Source of the DNA: a bacterium
Lineage (GTDB): Bacteria; Muiribacteriota; UBA6191
Assembly: GCA_036339875.1 (NCBI GenBank)
Contig: JAYZAC010000152.1
Location: 1-20,777 of the forward strand
Length of the DNA: 20,777 nucleotides
Direction of reading: 5' to 3'
In this document: one piece after another, positions 17,391 through 20,777 of the stretch
Layout: every line of letters starts with the position of its first letter
Numbering within the stretch: position 1 is the stretch's first letter
The notes under the pieces: generated by a model
The model's input: only the letters and a program-made list of their open reading frames with translations
The model's database searches: none
What the model was told of the DNA's origin: nothing
Made by a program: the position numbers and the translations under genes

Positions 17391-17830
17391 AGCTTATTTT
17401 CTTGATTTTCATGAAAACCGAGTTCGGAAAGTATTTTTTGTCGATTATCTAGTGATTGACAGCCCCAATTATCAATAAATTTTAGTGATTTTGCGCCTAG
17501 TGATCGAGCTCTTCGAAGTGCAGCTCGTAATAAAACTCTTAAATATTCCAGACCATTACTTTGTTTAACTCGATAGCATAGTATTTGCCAGGTCTTCTCA
17601 TCTTCATTATCTAAATTCATCTTTAAATAACCGCTTACTATATAATTTTCATATAGTATAACTCCATCGAGTTGACCAGATTTCAGAGCGGTGCGTAAGC
17701 CACTATGATCTAATAATTCTTTTTCTATATTCATACAGTAGCATGTTGTATCAGGTGAGTCTGACAAATTTTCTAGTAATTGCCTAAGATCTTTATATGA
17801 TTCTTGACTCAAAATTTTGGTTTCACGCAT
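17372..17830 (-). CDS. GNAT-fold protein, degenerate
   Basis: GVILYENYIVSGYL (beta2-3), WQILCYRV (beta4), LLRAALRRARSLGAKSL (helix-beta5) and LSELGF. The R/QxxGxG/A motif is not evident. Confidence 0.6.
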   Translation of the reverse strand: MRETKILSQESYKDLRQLLENLSDSPDTTCYCMNIEKELLDHSGLRTALKSGQLDGVILYENYIVSGYLKMNLDNEDEKTWQILCYRVKQSNGLEYLRVLLRAALRRARSLGAKSLKFIDNWGCQSLDNRQKILSELGFHENQENKLWEIYL

Positions 17831-20675
17831 TTTCTATTTTACCTTCAAAAAATTTAAGATTTTTTAATTCATAAATCGGTTCTGTTTCCACTCCATCCAA
17901 TGCGAGAGTTTCAAATTCAAAATCATCATTTGTTGTATCAAAAATCTTTTGATCAACCATCACATTTGTATATATTCCGATTTTACTAACGGCTTCGAGA
18001 TGTTCAGCAGACTCTGGAGCTTCGCCGTAGATAAAAAACTCCTGTTTTTCTTCGGTACCAACCACTGCAAAAGAAACGATTGATTCAGCAATACCAATTC
18101 CATTTTCCACACTAAACTTATTCTGTTTTTTTCGATTTAAGTTGAACTCGGGTAATCTAACTCTGAATTCCTCAGCGGTTCTGATGGCGCGATGCATGTA
18201 ATCACTGTGAACTTCTTCAAGAAATACTACACTTATTGCATCACCTTCAAAACGATCGATAATTCCGCCGTATTTATGTACTATATCCTGCCACAATGTG
18301 AAATATTCATTTAACATTTCCACAATATTTTCGGCAGTATGTTTTTCACTGATAGAGGTAAACGATCTTATGTCTGAAAATAACACTGCTCCGTTACTTT
18401 CAACTATTTGTCTTCCTTGAGACATTATTTTGAATAAATGATTAGCAGCATCTGAAACAAAAGGGCGCATCTCATTTCGTTGATTCAGTTCTTCCATCAT
18501 GTAGTTAAATTGTTCTAGTAGTTTTCTAGATTCATCCACCGATATACTATCGATTCTATAATTGTAATTCTCTTCCTGTAGTCGATCAAATCCGTCCTCA
18601 AGAAGACTAACTGGTTTCAAAGCCTGACGACTTAGATAAAGAGCGATTAGTATTCCAATTAGAAAATAGGCTGGAATGAAACGTTTGTAAGATATTTCTA
18701 AATTTTGATACTCAGCTAAAGTTTTATTTTCATCTACAAATAATAAAAATTCATAGCCTGGTAATTTATCTGACGTAGCATACTGCATTAGATATTTCTT
18801 ATTGTTGATTTTTATATGAATAAGTTGTCCGCTTTTGGCCCTGCCTTTATCAAATGCTCTCGAACCTTCTACTTGCGCGACTCGGACTTGATTTACGATG
18901 GGAGTAGTCTGTTTTTGAGCCTTTACATACCACTTCACAGGGTTGTTGGATGCATCTCTAAAATTGAGCGGTGATTTCATAAAAGATTTTAGATATTCCG
19001 GGCCAGGTATACCAGCAACGAATAGCTCGCGTTTATCAGTTTTAATATTTTTGGTTTTCTTCCACCAGAAGTAATAACCCTGCTGAAACAAAGGTACTTT
19101 AATAAAGCGGCCTTCAAACTCTTTTCCATAGGTGGATTTGTTATGTTGAATGAAGTCAAGGTAGGAGTTTTTGTTGAACTTAAAAATAGTATATTGCCTT
19201 GCTTCTAATCGATATTTTTTAAGATTTGCCTCCAGCCGTGACATTAGTAATTCGCCATCATGCCATAATCTATTGAATTCCTTAGTATCTAAATCAGGAT
19301 TCCAATCTTTTTGCATAGTGACAATCGCTAATGTGGCTGTCCTAAGAACTCCAGTTTGTAAATCAAAACCACTTTTTGTACCGCCGAATTCGCTTTTTCG
19401 TCCATTTGAGTCTAATCGAATCAATAGACTTCTATCGGGGAGGTCTGATTGTCTAATAGATTGAGGTTTTAAGGTAACTTCAGACATTTTTGAAGCAAGC
19501 TGTGTTGAAAATTTATCGATATTTAATTCAGTTTCTCTCATTGCTTGATTCAGTTTGATTTGAGCCTTCATTAATAGTGATATTTTCTTTTGTTGACTAG
19601 CTTCTAAATAGAATTGGTCAATTAATAAATAACTTAATGAAAGTGAGAATAGAAATATCAACATTAAGGTCCATTCAAAATGGTATCTAAGAGCTTTAAT
19701 GCCACCCATTAATGTCAAAATTAGGCCCGGAATTATTAACAAAATTACAAGTAGCGAATGTTGCTTACAATATTTTGTAAAGATTGTGTATTTAGGTATG
19801 TAAGTTAGACCAAGATTATCAGACTTATGAAAACCCAATGGGTCTTTAATTTGTAGAATTTTACCGTCTGATTTTTGAATACAATCCTTTGCTGATGCTT
19901 TCAATAATTTATTTGGATATCTCGCAATTATATCTTCCTGAATAGCTTTTTCAATAAGCTCTTCGTTCACCGATGCAGCTGGAATAGTCATTATCAAATC
20001 AAATTGCTTACGTTTCTCCTCAAAGTAAATACTGGCTGGGTAGAAATAGTAATAGGATTGATTTTGATAATTGTATATGAGCAGGCACCGATTCACTGCC
20101 TCTGCGTATTCGGTAATTTCCATGGGGAGGGTGAAGACTTGTCCAGTAATCTTCATTAGTTTTATCTGATCTTCTTTACGAGTTTTTTTACGACTAATTT
20201 TATATTGAATTTTGACTAGATCTTTGTACCATTTTTTACCAAATTCTTTTTCAAAATTAGGTTTTGGAGAATATAAAAGGTATCCATTACGTGAGATCGA
20301 AACATGTAGCTTAGAGCCAAAAGGTTTAGGTGTTTGTTTAAGAATTTCTCCTAATTTCTTTTTACGAATACTAAGAATTTTAGGATCTTTCGTTAGCCTT
20401 TCATTGATTTTGTTTAGGTAACTTTGAAGCAGACGTTTAACTAATTTAGTTTTAAAGTCACTTACAACCACTGTGTTCTTAAACTGTGAATGCTCCAATT
20501 GTCTTGCAATACGGTTTCTCTCATCTACTATTTCATTAAAATTATCTTTCGCTTGGCGTTCCTCCTGAAAAACAAGTCCTTTCCATGCGAAAAATAGGAA
20601 TATTGCACATAAAAGTAACCAAATTATAAAAAAAGTAGGTCCTTGTAGATGATCTTTGAATTTAGTCCAATTCAT
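17823..20675 (-). CDS. Large membrane sensor with HAMP and class III adenylate/guanylate cyclase domains (catalytically incomplete)
   Basis: Four hydrophobic segments (about aa 14-34, 307-328, 334-352, 667-683); HAMP (KPVSLL...DESRKLLEQFNYM); RPFVS; VLFSDIRSFT; DRFEGDA; NGIGI; YGEAPESAEHLE. Confidence 0.9.
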   Translation of the reverse strand: MNWTKFKDHLQGPTFFIIWLLLCAIFLFFAWKGLVFQEERQAKDNFNEIVDERNRIARQLEHSQFKNTVVVSDFKTKLVKRLLQSYLNKINERLTKDPKILSIRKKKLGEILKQTPKPFGSKLHVSISRNGYLLYSPKPNFEKEFGKKWYKDLVKIQYKISRKKTRKEDQIKLMKITGQVFTLPMEITEYAEAVNRCLLIYNYQNQSYYYFYPASIYFEEKRKQFDLIMTIPAASVNEELIEKAIQEDIIARYPNKLLKASAKDCIQKSDGKILQIKDPLGFHKSDNLGLTYIPKYTIFTKYCKQHSLLVILLIIPGLILTLMGGIKALRYHFEWTLMLIFLFSLSLSYLLIDQFYLEASQQKKISLLMKAQIKLNQAMRETELNIDKFSTQLASKMSEVTLKPQSIRQSDLPDRSLLIRLDSNGRKSEFGGTKSGFDLQTGVLRTATLAIVTMQKDWNPDLDTKEFNRLWHDGELLMSRLEANLKKYRLEARQYTIFKFNKNSYLDFIQHNKSTYGKEFEGRFIKVPLFQQGYYFWWKKTKNIKTDKRELFVAGIPGPEYLKSFMKSPLNFRDASNNPVKWYVKAQKQTTPIVNQVRVAQVEGSRAFDKGRAKSGQLIHIKINNKKYLMQYATSDKLPGYEFLLFVDENKTLAEYQNLEISYKRFIPAYFLIGILIALYLSRQALKPVSLLEDGFDRLQEENYNYRIDSISVDESRKLLEQFNYMMEELNQRNEMRPFVSDAANHLFKIMSQGRQIVESNGAVLFSDIRSFTSISEKHTAENIVEMLNEYFTLWQDIVHKYGGIIDRFEGDAISVVFLEEVHSDYMHRAIRTAEEFRVRLPEFNLNRKKQNKFSVENGIGIAESIVSFAVVGTEEKQEFFIYGEAPESAEHLEAVSKIGIYTNVMVDQKIFDTTNDDFEFETLALDGVETEPIYELKNLKFFEGKIENA

Positions 20676-20777
20676 AAAACACCTGCTTTTGTTTTTTACC
20701 CTTGATGGTCACATTGCTATGTTTGGTGAGTGAATATTTGGTGTATTCAGGAAAGTCTTCAATTACTTTCTCCGCTA
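20662..20777 (-). CDS. 3' end of a gene truncated by the window edge; probable class III cyclase C-terminus
   Basis: Not in the ORF track. The minus frame from 20775 reads AEKVIEDFPEYTKYSLTKHSNVTIKGKKQKQVFYELD*, with TAA at 20664-20662. 'IKGK...FYEL' fits the cyclase terminal motif. It overlaps the next ATG (20675) by 14 nt. Confidence 0.7.
   Translation of the reverse strand, partial: AEKVIEDFPEYTKYSLTKHSNVTIKGKKQKQVFYELD

Noticed and set aside
14925..20421. Short ORFs 14925-15185, 15232-15435, 17293-17478, 19171-19464 and 20212-20421
   Set aside because: They are antisense to phrB or to the cyclase gene string, with no supporting signals.
17823..20675. Pycsar/CBASS-type defence system built on the cyclase
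   Set aside because: The architecture is a multi-TM HAMP sensor, and no cNMP-binding, TIR or pore-forming effector is present in the window.
1..20777. CRISPR arrays, tRNA/rRNA, IS elements, prophage genes
   Set aside because: Intergenic gaps are all about 220 nt or less, and I saw no regularly spaced repeats, cloverleaf or transposase/integrase motifs by eye.

Overview
Gene-dense, AT-rich bacterial DNA (GC in the mid-30s% by eye; host lineage not identifiable from the window). I saw no rRNA, tRNA, CRISPR array or mobile element. Left end: the 5'-truncated last gene of a PUFA-synthase-like (Pfa) cluster, with domains CLF-AT-DH'-DH-DH'-DH (PfaBC/Pfa3 type). Middle: a pseudo-receiver/RsbW-type kinase, hspQ, a cellulose-synthase-like GT2, a lipoprotein, a 4-TM protein, an EamA transporter, a protein with a FYVE-like Zn finger plus YbjQ-like and SHOCT domains, an FKBP lipoprotein, and GST-SprT divergent from a CPD photolyase. 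Right end: an overlapping minus-strand gene string. It contains a 950-aa membrane HAMP class III cyclase that keeps only its two metal-binding Asp, followed by a degenerate GNAT, a CxxCH protein and an alpha/beta hydrolase. An ORF missing from the supplied track (20662 to the window edge) overlaps the cyclase start and ends in a cyclase-like 'IKGK...FYEL' C-terminus. The top hypothesis is a two-gene, split-active-site (C1/C2-like) heterodimeric nucleotidyl cyclase. Three genes also look leaderless.
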